Source: Rhizodiscina lignyota
Lineage: Eukaryota
NCBI GenBank assembly: GCA_010015805.1
Contig: ML978122.1
Location: forward strand, 186,001 to 250,000
DNA: 64,000 bases
Reading direction: 5' to 3'
Shown: positions 12,039 through 23,129 of the stretch, in pieces
Layout of the letters: each line of letters starts with the position of its first letter
How positions within the stretch are numbered: the stretch's first letter is position 1
Position numbers and translations under genes: made by a program
The notes under the pieces: model-generated
Told to the model about the DNA's origin: nothing
What the model saw: the letters and a program-made list of their open reading frames with translations, nothing else
Databases searched by the model: none

Positions 12039-13952
12039 TCATAAGCCAGTCATCGTCCCCTTGCGCACGGGACTCGCGCCGCCAGTGGTGCTGCTCTCAG
12101 CAGAATAGCCAGAATCTCGATCCTCCGGCTCATCAAAATCAATATCGAACTCTTCTGGCTTCGCAGCACCAGCTCCTTCTGTCTCTGCGTCTCCGTCGGC
12201 GCTACCACTCCAAGCTTTCTGTGTAGCGCCCCTAGTGTTCCATCGCAATGTCCTCGAAATGGAGTCGAACCACTCCATCGAATTGGAGAGGACTGTAGGG
12301 AACGGATACTGACTCGCAGCGATTGTCACAGCATCGCCAGGTCGGAGTTCCACGCGGTTCTTGCCGTCGAAGGAACACCATGCACCACCACGAGAGCCCT
12401 TGGGGACAGCAATGCGGAGCGACATTGTGTCGTTGAGTAGCATTGGCCTGAAGGACAAGGTGTGTGGACAAATGGGCGTGAGTAGAAGCGCCGGAATATC
12501 TGGATGCACGAGGCTGCCACCTGCTGAGAGCGAATACGCGGTCGAACCGGTAGGCGTCGAGAAGATGCATCCGTCGGCTTGGATAATGGTGAGCAGATTG
12601 CCGTCACCATACAATTCCAAATTTGACACGTAAGGACTGGGCCCACGGTCGATGACCAGCTCGTTGAGAACCTCGAACTGCTCCCCTTCAATGCTTTCCG
12701 GTTGTGCTTCGTTGCTACCCGGGATGGAAGCCAGCCGGTTTGCTCTGTACACGGTGCATGTAAAGCGCATGCGGAGATTGACGCGCATTCCCATATCGCC
12801 CATTATATTGGTCAAGCTATGTCGGAACTCTTGGTACGAAAAGTTTGTGAGGAATCCGAGGCTTCCGAGGCTAAAGGACAGGATAGGGGGAACGATGCGC
12901 TGGAACAGCCAGGATGTGAAGAGCACAGTGCCGTCTCCGCCGAGGGTGAGCACCAGATCGAATTTCTCCGGCGACGTCCAGCAGAGGTCTGGCGTCCAGT
13001 AGCGAAGCATCGTCTCGAACCGAGGATCGCGAGAGGTGAGGCTAGCAGCATCGAAGCGCTTCGAGCGGCGCAATTTGGCATCTACGTATACGTTGACACC
13101 AACGTCAGAACCGTAACGAGGTGTGGTGAGTAGCCACTCTGCCAATTCGCGGGTCAGGAGAACAAGCTCATTGTCGCGTGCTTTGGTCACGATGAGCACG
13201 CTACGGACAGCGCGCTTGATCGGACGACGCTGAAGCTGACGAGACACCTCCCTCACACCATGAGCGGTCTGCATCAGGCGCGAATGTGACATGCCCTCAT
13301 CATCTTGTATCTCCTCCAGGACCTTCTCGAAATTGACCGCGTCATCGAAGCGCTTGTGGAAGAAGCAGGGTGATGCTAGAGCAGCAAGCTTAGCCGTTGC
13401 CATTGTGTTCCCGTCAAGCTGTAGGTCGGACAGGGCTTGTGACAATCGACGAGCGGTAGCTGATTCGCGACGAGACTGGTCGTTGTCGCTCTTGACGGAC
13501 AGCGCGCTATGGATGGTAGGTGGCGCACGAGAGTTGAGCGCCTTCATGATGGTTTGCCTTGGAGTTGAGTCGATTGAGAATGCGTTCTTGCGATGTTGCA
13601 TGTGATTTCTGTGTTGGAGGAATGATTTGGTCGGTTGACCAAGGGAAGACGGAGATTGCGCTTGTGCAAGTTTTGTATCTAACGATGCGAATTCGAGGTA
13701 CGGTGAGGACGTCGAGACGGAGGCGTGGGGAACCAGCGGGTCGAAGTCTACGAGTGTGCGGGAGAGGCTGGAGTGGCGGGAGGTGGTACTTGAGGCTTCA
13801 TCGCTTGCGAGCTCTCCATCGGACTGAATAGAAGAAGTCCGTGACGAGTCGGTGGTGAGGGTTGCGGTCAGTCCGGGGTAACTCTGGGGGGGAGAAGGGT
13901 GAGGGATATTTCGAGAAGCAAGAGCGGGCGTATCGGAGACAACGTCCGCCAT
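12039..13952 (-). CDS. ATP-NAD kinase (Utr1/Yef1 family) with long Ser-rich N-terminal extension
   Basis: LGGDGT, GSLGFL, VLNELVIDRG and ADGCIFSTPTGSTAYSLSAGG motifs; single intronless 637-aa ORF. Confidence 0.95.
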   Translation of the reverse strand: MADVVSDTPALASRNIPHPSPPQSYPGLTATLTTDSSRTSSIQSDGELASDEASSTTSRHSSLSRTLVDFDPLVPHASVSTSSPYLEFASLDTKLAQAQSPSSLGQPTKSFLQHRNHMQHRKNAFSIDSTPRQTIMKALNSRAPPTIHSALSVKSDNDQSRRESATARRLSQALSDLQLDGNTMATAKLAALASPCFFHKRFDDAVNFEKVLEEIQDDEGMSHSRLMQTAHGVREVSRQLQRRPIKRAVRSVLIVTKARDNELVLLTRELAEWLLTTPRYGSDVGVNVYVDAKLRRSKRFDAASLTSRDPRFETMLRYWTPDLCWTSPEKFDLVLTLGGDGTVLFTSWLFQRIVPPILSFSLGSLGFLTNFSYQEFRHSLTNIMGDMGMRVNLRMRFTCTVYRANRLASIPGSNEAQPESIEGEQFEVLNELVIDRGPSPYVSNLELYGDGNLLTIIQADGCIFSTPTGSTAYSLSAGGSLVHPDIPALLLTPICPHTLSFRPMLLNDTMSLRIAVPKGSRGGAWCSFDGKNRVELRPGDAVTIAASQYPFPTVLSNSMEWFDSISRTLRWNTRGATQKAWSGSADGDAETEGAGAAKPEEFDIDFDEPEDRDSGYSAESSTTGGASPVRKGTMTGL

Positions 13953-15375
13953 GATTAATGATTGCCGAGAACGGGATAAACGGTTGCAGCGATCCGGACG
14001 AAAACGTCGATGCGATAATCAAAAAAGTCTTTCCGGGACGAAGCTCAGCTTCTATACATGCTGAGGATATCAATGTCTGTACAGGAATGGAAATCGCGGC
14101 GTGCTGGACGTGTTTTCGGAGGTCCAGAATGTGACGGGCGTTAAGCGCGGACACCCCCAAGCCGACGGTGGTGACGAATGCAGCGAGGTGATAGCGTGAA
14201 CAATAAGTGACGGGCGTGCAGGCAGCAGGTCGATGGGCTTCCAGAGGCCTGCTCGATGCGGAATACAACGAACGAGGGTCTATACAATTCTATACGAAAT
14301 GGTGGTGATAAAGAGTGACGAGAAGCGAGGTGCAGAGATGTGATGGCGATATCGACCGCACAGCGGGGGCAAGGAGAGGATGCAGGTCAAGCCTTGCTTT
14401 CCCTTCTCAACTCCTCTGGGCACAAGTGTGTAGCCGCTGTCTGCGAGATGGAGCATTTTAAACCCTTTCTCCTATCTTCTGAGCCTTTGATATGGCCGTC
14501 GACCGCTTGCTTGGGGCTGCAACGTAGGCTAATGTTACCGTTTGAGGGCTGACACTATTCGTGCTTCACAACCCACGTATCAACTCGAGCACCAGCAACA
14601 ACGGCCCAATCGAGCCAGTTTAAGGGTGATTCTCTTCACAACCACCAGACACGCAGCGGGGGCCTGCCATCCCACGGTCCTCCAGAGCAGACAGTCTCAT
14701 CTCACTCCCAAGCTGCTCTTGCACCGTTAGCCGCCCGCCTCTGGACGTCAGCACCGTAGCCAAGGCACAGATCTCTGAAAACCGTCTCAATCTCTCTCTC
14801 TGTGAACGAAACACCAAACTTTCGAATCCTTTAATATGTTCCGAGACCATGGCACATCGCGGCCCTTATCTGCACGATTTTGAGCCTCACCATACGCCGT
14901 GGCCCTAGCGGGTTAATGCAGTCACGACGCAGGACATGGAGTACGTACCTCTGCCGCACAGAATGCTGCAACAGCACTGTTCTGGACTCGACCCCGTGAC
15001 AATCTCACCGAGCTTGTCTCCGTTGCTTTTCATATTTATCTGCGAGTCATACCGTCGCGTTACGGACCCTGGTGGGTGGTACCTTTGAAACTCCACCCCT
15101 TCGCTTCCGCGGGAGCGCCTGCACAGAAGGCTCGGACCGCTCTGCAGATACCTATCCAGTCGCTGTGAAGAGCTTGAGCACGCTTTTTGGGCACCCTGGA
15201 GTGGAAGCATAAATCCTCAGCCGAAATGGGACTTATTGGGACCTTGACACTGTCAAAATTGCAGGAACTGTATAAGACGGCGAATCAGGACAAGATTTCA
15301 TAGCTATGAACTGCTAATACGAGCATTTCCGATACAGTTGTGGCCTTCAACGCCTTATCCAAGACCGAATCATCT

Positions 15376-15862
15376 TTACTCAGAGGTGATTTCGACCTTG
15401 TTCTTGGCTGGTTCTCATTGTCAGTATCATGATAGCAGACGACTTGGATTGAAGATGTTCCTTACAGAAGGCTACATGGTCCTTGATATGCGTTGCCTTC
15501 TCGAATGGCTGCGGGTAAAACCAAGCGACGTCCTTCAATTCAGTGCCATCGACGTTGAGGCTGTAGTACGAAGCGTTGCCCTTCCAGGGACACGCAGTGT
15601 GCGTCTGGGTCTCCGTGAAGTACTCCTTCTTGATAGATTCCGGCGGGAACTACCGCATACTGTTAGCATCTTAAGTCGCATGAGAGAAGACATCGGCTGG
15701 GCATACGTAGATGTTTCCCTCTACAACGGCGTAGTGATCCGCATCCGCAATTACGGTGCCGTTGACCTTTGCAGTGGCATGCATCTTCTTTGGTTCTGCT
15801 GATTCGCCTTCGTTGCTGGTGTGTTTGTGCTTTAAGCGGTCAAAAATATGGAGATTGACCAT
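15376..15862 (-). CDS. DUF427 family protein (3 exons; start 15862 or 15784)
   Basis: Spliced translation MHATAKVNGTVIADADHYAVVEGNIY/FPPESIKKEYFTETQTHTACPWKGNASYYSLNVDGTELKDVAWFYPQP..IKDHVAF/SKNKVEITSE*; CPWKG-ASYY and AWxYP are DUF427 hallmarks. Confidence 0.9.
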
Positions 15863-16728
15863 TTGAAGATTGTGAAAGATTCGTGAAAGGTGCTCGCTGA
15901 TGCGTCTGAGACAGCAGATCGCCTGTAATTATTTATATGCACAGCAGCACGGCTACAGCAACGCTAATTATCAGAGCCGTTCTTGATTCGGCTGCTGTTC
16001 GCTCTGTTCGTCGACTTGCTCGTCATGCTGTTGTTTAGGAATCAGAGCACAGCCGTTTCGCGTTGATATGAATCCCTGAGGCTGAGCGACCCTTAGTAAC
16101 GGATGTGAGCGGGGTGTCATCGCACGTCATTTGAAGCGGTACATTTGGGGGCTCGATGGCTCTGGATTTGAACTCAGCGCATTGGAAACTGTCCAATTGC
16201 TTCCAAAACAATGGGTTCGACATGGATATAGCGTTATCTAAGTCATCGCTGCATACAGCAAGTGTGCCCATGCAATCGCTTGTTCTGTCTGAGTCTACAC
16301 CGATAGTCGAAACCTGGCCCAGCAAATCGTCTGATAATCTATTATTCTATCATGCTCCCGATGACAGTGGCCAGATAGCATTCACTTGGAGTTTGCCCAA
16401 AGATGTGTTTCTCCCCGCACAGGACCCTGGCGAACTATAACATGTATATCTGGATCCGGAGATCAAGCAATACCTCCATGAACTCGCCTGAGCGGGATAA
16501 GGAGATTGATATAACTGTTGAAGTGGCTCTCTGGACTGGGTTGATAGCCTTAAAGAAAATATCGAATCCGGAGCAGCTAACGAGTCTTCATCCTTTCACC
16601 GAAGCTATCCATCCCTTGAGGAGGTTGAAAGGCCGCTGCTATTGCAATCGTACACATACAATCATATACTCTCCTCGAACCTCACCCGTGCTCCTTTACC
16701 CGACTTGCGTTCTCAAGGTTTAAAGCCC

Positions 16729-18446
16729 TCAGTCAATGTCGAATATTTTATCCACCTCGGAGAACTTTTCGAAGAACAGGTGCATATATCTTGTAGCATG
16801 CTCCACGTCCCAAGTGCCCGCTTGTTCGCGGATGCTGTGCATGCTCAACTGAGCATTTCCCATGTCCACTGTGCGCACTCCGAGCTGTGTACTCAGAATA
16901 GGGCCCAACGTGGAGCCGCAGTTGACGTTGTTCGGACGAGTGAAGAGTTGGAATTCGAAGGGCATCCCGCTCTCTGTGTACCGTGCAATCTCGAGGATGA
17001 GTGCCGTGCCTGGCGTATTCTTCACGAGGTGGCGTCCATTGTCGGAGGAGATTGCAAGCCCTCCATTCGGCCAAATGGAATGGTTCGTCTCATGCAATCC
17101 GTGGTGATGGGGGTGTGTCCCATGAATCATGTCCGCAGATATAAGGAACGATTTTGCCATCGATCTTTCGAAGGCTGATTTCTGTGGGGCTCCGATTTCA
17201 CATTCATTAGTTATTCTCCGGAGGGTATTGATTAGGAAATTGGATCGCCCGCCATGTTGTGTCCCGGAGCTGATTTCTTCATTGTCGAACATAGCTACAA
17301 GGCGAACAGAGCTCTCATCGTTGAGAGCTCGCCAATCAGAGAGCGACCTTGTGAACCCTTCGAGAGCGCAGTATGTCATCATCAGATTGTCAATACGACT
17401 TGAGAAGATGAATTCAGTGAACCCTCCCCCAAGAGATGCCCTCTGGGTATCGTATAGACTGAGGTCGAAATCAACAATCTCTTCAGGATGCACCGACAGG
17501 ACCCCGGCAACGAGATCCGCCACCCCTCCGTGCCTCTTTTGTGTGGGAGTAGATCTTTTGCTTGAGTGTGAAGTTGGCTTTGGAGCTGAGTCCAGTATTT
17601 CGCCCTGGCCGTCGTACTCGTCGTCAACCATTCGCTGCATCAGTGGTATGTCAGGCGACATTCCTGTCACAGGAAGTAGGTCAAGCTCAGTGTTGAATTT
17701 GAACGGATTCTGCTTCTCGTAGTGTACGGCAAGCGTGGGTATTCGGAACATGGCTAGGCCAATATCGACAAGCCTGCTCTCAATTGTCCCAGCTGGAGTT
17801 CGTATCATTACTCGGCCGGCAGCAGACAGATCACGGTCAAACCAGGTATGCCAAAGCCCCCCGCCGTACGTTTGGACGCCAGCTAAGTAGAATGGCGATC
17901 GGTAACGTTTGCTAACAGGTTTGATCTTCAGACATGGGGAGTCCACGTGAGTTGCAACCATCGCAAACGGATTTCCGGGCTTCCACAGCTTGCCAACGGC
18001 GAATGCTATGACAGATGCTCCTGACATGTCATTGCGCACAACATAATATTTGCCGCCCGGCTGAAGCTGGCTCGACCACGAGTCTTGTTCACGCAGCTTC
18101 TGGAACCCTTGGAGTCGGAGTCTCTCATTGACTTGTTCGACTGCATGGTACACTGTAATAGATTGTTAGTCTGAAATATACACAACGGAGGGACATGGGC
18201 GTTCAGACCCGACGGCGATCGATCCAGAAAGCCACAGAAATCAAGTGCAGATTGGTAGAACCTATGTCTTTCGCTCTCTCTTGGTGGTAGTGGGGCTTCT
18301 TCTGTCTCTGGCTCAGAAGATCCTTTGACATAACTCAATTTGGAAGCGTCAATTGTGGATTTGGAGTCACGTGACAATGCGTGCGAGGTGGCGATCGCGG
18401 AGGTCATTGCCATGAACGGCAAGATTTTGGACGTGAATGATGCCAT
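16729..18446 (-). CDS. M18 metallo-aminopeptidase, aspartyl aminopeptidase (Ape4/DNPEP)-type, divergent
   Basis: HVDSP, WFDRDLS, RIDN, FDNEE, SADMIH and LSMHSIRE metal-ligand motifs; one intron about 18156-18209; N-terminal extension. Confidence 0.9.
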
Positions 18447-18663
18447 CAGGCTGATGAATCGCCAGGAACCAGTCGACGTGCTTCACTGAAGGTTTTGGTG
18501 GTATTGATGGAGGCTTCGAAGCCAAGCTCAATCGAAAGGGCTACGACCTATATCGTGAATCTAGGCGCGCTGGACGCGAAGGATATAAGAGCAATATATT
18601 CATCCAGGAACTCTCGCTAAAGCGTAGGGAGATTGCAATGAGTGAATAGTGAGGAGAAAAGCC

Positions 18664-18969
18664 ATGCGACCAACGCCTTCGACGCCAAAACAGCAAACAC
18701 AACGTATGGGATAGAGATAGCCCTCAATGCAAACAAATGGGAGCGGGGAGATTGATGGGAACCTGTTGCGAACCTCAACCTAATTCTTATCAGTGTGGAT
18801 TTGGGACGACGTCGTGACCAAGGCACGAGCTTTACAACCTCTGAGAGCTGCAGCTGCCTTGAAGATGACCAGGCAAAAACCAAGGACAGGAGGGAAGCCG
18901 GTGAAGCTGGACTTAGTAAGGGATCCAATTAAAAATAGGCACGGACAAACATATATTCCATATCCGTGA
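18664..18969 (+). CDS. Possible small two-exon orphan protein (71 aa)
   Basis: ATG 18664, donor GTATGG 18704, CTAAT branch, CAG acceptor 18793; splicing gives an open 72-codon frame ending TGA at 18969. TATA-like sequence about 80 bp upstream. No family recognised. Confidence 0.3.
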
Positions 18970-19226
18970 TAACGGTGCCTGCGGGTGGCTCCCGTAGTTA
19001 TCAAACCGGCTTCTTAACAATGCCTGCAGTTGTAAACAAAGTCGGGTCTCTAATGGCGTAGCTAATGTCTACTGTTTCCCTATAAATGCAAGGAATGCTG
19101 AGTGGGTCACCAACTCTATTTCTATCCCAGAGCGTCTACACTGTTACAGAAAGATGTATCTAAGGGTTGGAAGGAAGCTCAATGAGCCAACTGGCGTAGA
19201 AGCAGAAGCGTATAAATCGTCAACGT

Positions 19227-20525
19227 TCATGACGACCACAACGTATTTCCACGGTCCGAGAAAAGGGGGTCCTCCCTGATCTCCTTAACCCAAACGTATC
19301 GCATACCCAACTCCAAAAGCTCGAAATTAATCATGTCGACCGTAAGGAAGTCCTTCTGCAGTAAATTGCGGATGAAAAGATGTAGGAGCTTCACTGCCCG
19401 CGCCTGCTCCTCCGCACGAGCAGAATTCCCTCCAAGTGCCCCCAATTGTTCTGGTGCCATAGCTTCTATCTGACGCAGCCCATGTTGTATATAATTCATC
19501 ACCATACCGGTTGCATCCACGCCGAAGTTGTACAATAATTGATTTTCCTCGGTGAGCTCGATGAGCTTGTTTACGAGGTCTAGGCATTTTATATCGTCGA
19601 TCGGCATGTGAGCAATAGCCGTTGCTGTATGTTCCGGCTCGGCCTTGAACGCTGCGAAAAGTTCATCAAGAGTGAGACGCTCTGGTGACTTCAGGTCGGG
19701 CGGATCATCGTTGGCACCAATGGCTCCATCGGTATCGCCCTTGTTGTCTCTTGATAACATGACCTCGAGGTCAGGGTAAGCTCCGCTTATCGAAAATTTA
19801 AAGAGTGCCAAGGAATCTGGATTATCGAAAACTGGAGACGACTTTGGAAAGGTCTTGATCCAGTCTTTGGGGCTGAAGTGTGGGCTCTCTGGAATATGTG
19901 CCAAAAGCTGCCTCGGAGACAAGGTTTTGAGGTCCCTCTATTGGATTGTATCATTAGACATGCTCCATAGAGTTCGAAACGCTCTTTGCCAAAGAGCTTA
20001 CCGGTGGGTACACCTCCATCAAGAGCTTCTTCGACATATATAGCCTCGCTTTTTGTATCGCAGATATCTTCCCACCGCTTTCACTGGATGCTGCTTCCTT
20101 CTCCCATCGCGCAATGTTGTCCACCCAGTGTGATAGAAAAGGGTTGAGAGGGAGTAGAGTAGTCGCAGTCATGTGGAACAGAGTGTATTCCGCGTTCAAA
20201 AGGGTCACGTAGTTGGTCTCTGACGCATCGGCTCTCACTGTTCTGTATCAGTATCCCTCATTATACAACCTATCGCTGAATGTGCGGGTTGGGCTGGATA
20301 TGGCTTACCCTTTGCTTCGAGCTCGTCAATGAAGACCTTCAGGCTCATCGCATCTTTAAAGTCCTTCGCCGCATCTTTCCGACCCTTCAAAAGAAGCTGT
20401 CGCGCTTCCAAGTATGCTCCGGCCGTTAGGGGAAAACTGCGGTTAGGAAAGCTGTTCAATTGAGACTGGAGAGATTGCGGTATATCTTCTGGCTGTGAAT
20501 CTTCTGGAGACGCAAACGTGGCCAT
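19227..20525 (-). CDS. CCR4-NOT subunit 11 (CNOT11/DUF2363)-like protein, 3 exons
   Basis: Introns about 20238-20308 and 19938-20001 (both GTAAGC donors) join three ORFs. C-terminus VMNYIQHGLRQIE..QARAVKLLHLFIRNLLQKDFL..FELLELGMRYVWVKEIR resembles the CNOT11 C-terminal domain as recalled. Confidence 0.7.
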
Positions 20526-21229
20526 CTGTCGTAACCTTCGGGTTATTTTATGGATGTATCAGATAATATTTGTGCACATCTCTGCCTTGCCATCGTGTTT
20601 TGGTGTCTTCTAGTCGAACGGGAAGCTGCGGTGGTGGTGTATGTCAGTGGGAAGAGGCTTCGCTTTCGGACGGAGTTGCACTTGTCAAGCAGCCACCCTC
20701 ATCAGCGGGAAGGCATACAGATGTCCCGCCGGGTTCCTGCCTACAGCCTCATATTCAACGTTACCTGACATTTCGTTGGTCTAATGACCATAGAATAAAT
20801 CACCTTGAGATGCTACATTAATTATTCGTTTGTCTTAGGCCGTCTTCAGCTCAGGCGCCAAGAGGAATGCACATTCCACTACTACAACTTTCATTTCAAA
20901 CAGATTGTGCACACATGAAGGGTTAGAAAATTAAATTGTCATTAATGCAGCTGTCTACCAGCAGTGCCAACTAGGATCGAATAGCTTCCAAACCATGTCT
21001 GATTATAGTGTTGGTGGTGTGACCAGCCGACCTCAGACCGGAAAGCCGCGGGTATGCAATAAGATCCATCGCCATGAAGTAGAGTACAAGCGACCTGAAA
21101 ACCCCATGAAAGCCATCAAGCCCTCCACAGCTGACAAACTGAAATGCATATTCGGCTATAGGGAAAAACGGAAGGAGCGGGTATCTTGACGGGGTTTCGT
21201 TGTATGCAGTTCATCGCGTGTTCATGCGA

Positions 21230-21524
21230 TCAGAACTTCAAGATGATGTAGAGAGCATGGATGATCTATAGCACACGGCAATGTCAGTGTACTGCAAGGC
21301 GACGGAATAGAGAATGGGGAAACTCACTCCAGGTATGTAACCAAGGATGGTGAGCAGGATGTTGATGAGGAAGTCGGCATTGCATCCGCGCTCAAGGAAG
21401 ACACCAAGAGGTGGCAGGATGATGGCGAAGATGATCTTGATGATGTCGCTGCGCTCAGTTAATATCAACTCAAATTCGAACAGGTTGAAAGGCGGAAGTG
21501 TTATTACCTTCCGGTGAAAGGCAT
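21230..21524 (-). CDS. PMP3: Plasma membrane proteolipid Pmp3/RCI2 family, 3 exons
   Basis: Spliced MPFTGSDIIKIIFAIILPPLGVFLERGCNADFLINILLTILGYIPGIIHALYIILKF*. Confidence 0.95.
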
Positions 21525-23129
21525 TCTTGCGGTTGTTTACTGTTCAGACCTGTTTGGGAATGAAGTTCCAGTCAAAGACTGCGTTGTTGTTCTTGGAAAG
21601 TTTGGTTGTTTTCGGGAGTGGATGAGGAGTGGGATCAGAGGGAAGACTGTGGAGTTTAAATGCAGGAAAGGCCGGAGGAGGTTCTTGTCTTTTATGCGTC
21701 AGGTGCTGCTGCAAGAGCCAGCCCAGTCGGGCGGTCACCACAAACGTCATCAATGCGAATTATCAAGCTTGCCAATTGATCCGAGCTTTCGACAATCTCG
21801 CCTCAGGGCCTCTGCCTTGGATAGCTCCCGCCAGCATATGCATGCCTTCTCCCACAGCCACTGCTCCATCACTCGGTGATTCGCCAACTTTATTGAGCCA
21901 TGTGTTCATGTTTACGTGCCTCTTCGCAAGCAGAGGCTCAACGCGACCCACTTCAAGGTTGCGGGGAGAGCTCCAACGCCACAATCGTCATTTCGATGGC
22001 GGTGCAAGTGTGGCGCTGCGCTGCCGGCCCATTCTCGGTGTCCGGGTAGGGCTGGAAAGAGTCGGCGGAGCGGTGAGTCGTCTATCGTCCCGTCATCCAA
22101 TCTCCTCAGCTGCTTTCTAAATGCATCACTCATGACTTCACTTGATTACCATATCCTGCTTGCTCGCTTCGTCAAGCGGCGTGCGGCCTATCTTCGTCGT
22201 CGAGGCTACGAAGGAACTAGTTTCCGTAAGCGAACAATCTCTGGAGTTACTCTATTGCAGGCGCCTTCAGCACTTCTAAGAAACTCCCGCATATTAGTGA
22301 GTTTACATTCGAGGTTATCAGGGAGTAGCTTGCCAGGCTTGCTTTAGAAGATTTACTTCTTGTTGCCACGGAAAGGAGATGCTGTTGTAAGTCTCATACG
22401 CTTATGAGAAGCTGGCTCCCTCGTTGTAAAGACCTGTCTTCCGCCGTCGTCGTACATGCTGCTCAGTTGTTGGTGTGTTTTGCATACCACACCCTCTTGT
22501 CGTGGCACAGGCAGCATGCAATGCTCGTTCAGGCAGTGTACAATTACTCAACAAGGCAGCATGTCCTTGTGTCATTGGATTTCCCTCCGTCTTGTCTTTT
22601 TCCAGCTCTTCATCTGCCTTGAGCAAGTGGTTGTGGGAGAAAGCTGAGATTTCTCGTGTTCTGCATCCTTTTCAAGAGAGTTCAGAGCAAAAGTGAAGCT
22701 CCGCAATTGTTTATGGCTGGCATTTACAACTTTCAATACACCGAACAGCAATAGTCTTCTTCGCCGTCGCCGCTATCTCACGGCACGATGGTCTAGATCT
22801 CGTAAGAGTGTTATCTTGTATCTTACAATCTTGTCTAATGTGGAAACAGCTCCATGGTGATTTTGATAATGCTCCGACGGGCTGAACAACGCCAAGTTTC
22901 TCGTTCTCGCCGTCAACCCTTTCAGGAGATGTGCCACTACCACTTCTCTTACCTGACACTCAATTTGGGCGAATAATCTCGAACGAAACCAAATATGCAT
23001 AAAGGACCAGCCGACACCCGCTCTCCGGATTGCATGCCGCTAGAAGTCAGATTCTTGACATATTGTTCCCCCGACGATGTCCCCAAACACGCCGTTCCAT
23101 GAACTTCTGCTCCAACGAGCCAGTTCTCA

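Noticed and set aside
18363..18375. GTCACGTGAC palindrome overlapping GAGTCA as a regulatory site
   Set aside because: Lies inside the predicted first coding exon of the M18 gene, which has no later in-frame ATG in that exon.
19900..20310. Apparent frameshifts or overlapping ORFs suggesting a pseudogene or recoding
   Set aside because: Explained by two canonical GTAAGC..AG introns with branch points; the same holds for frame breaks in the other genes.
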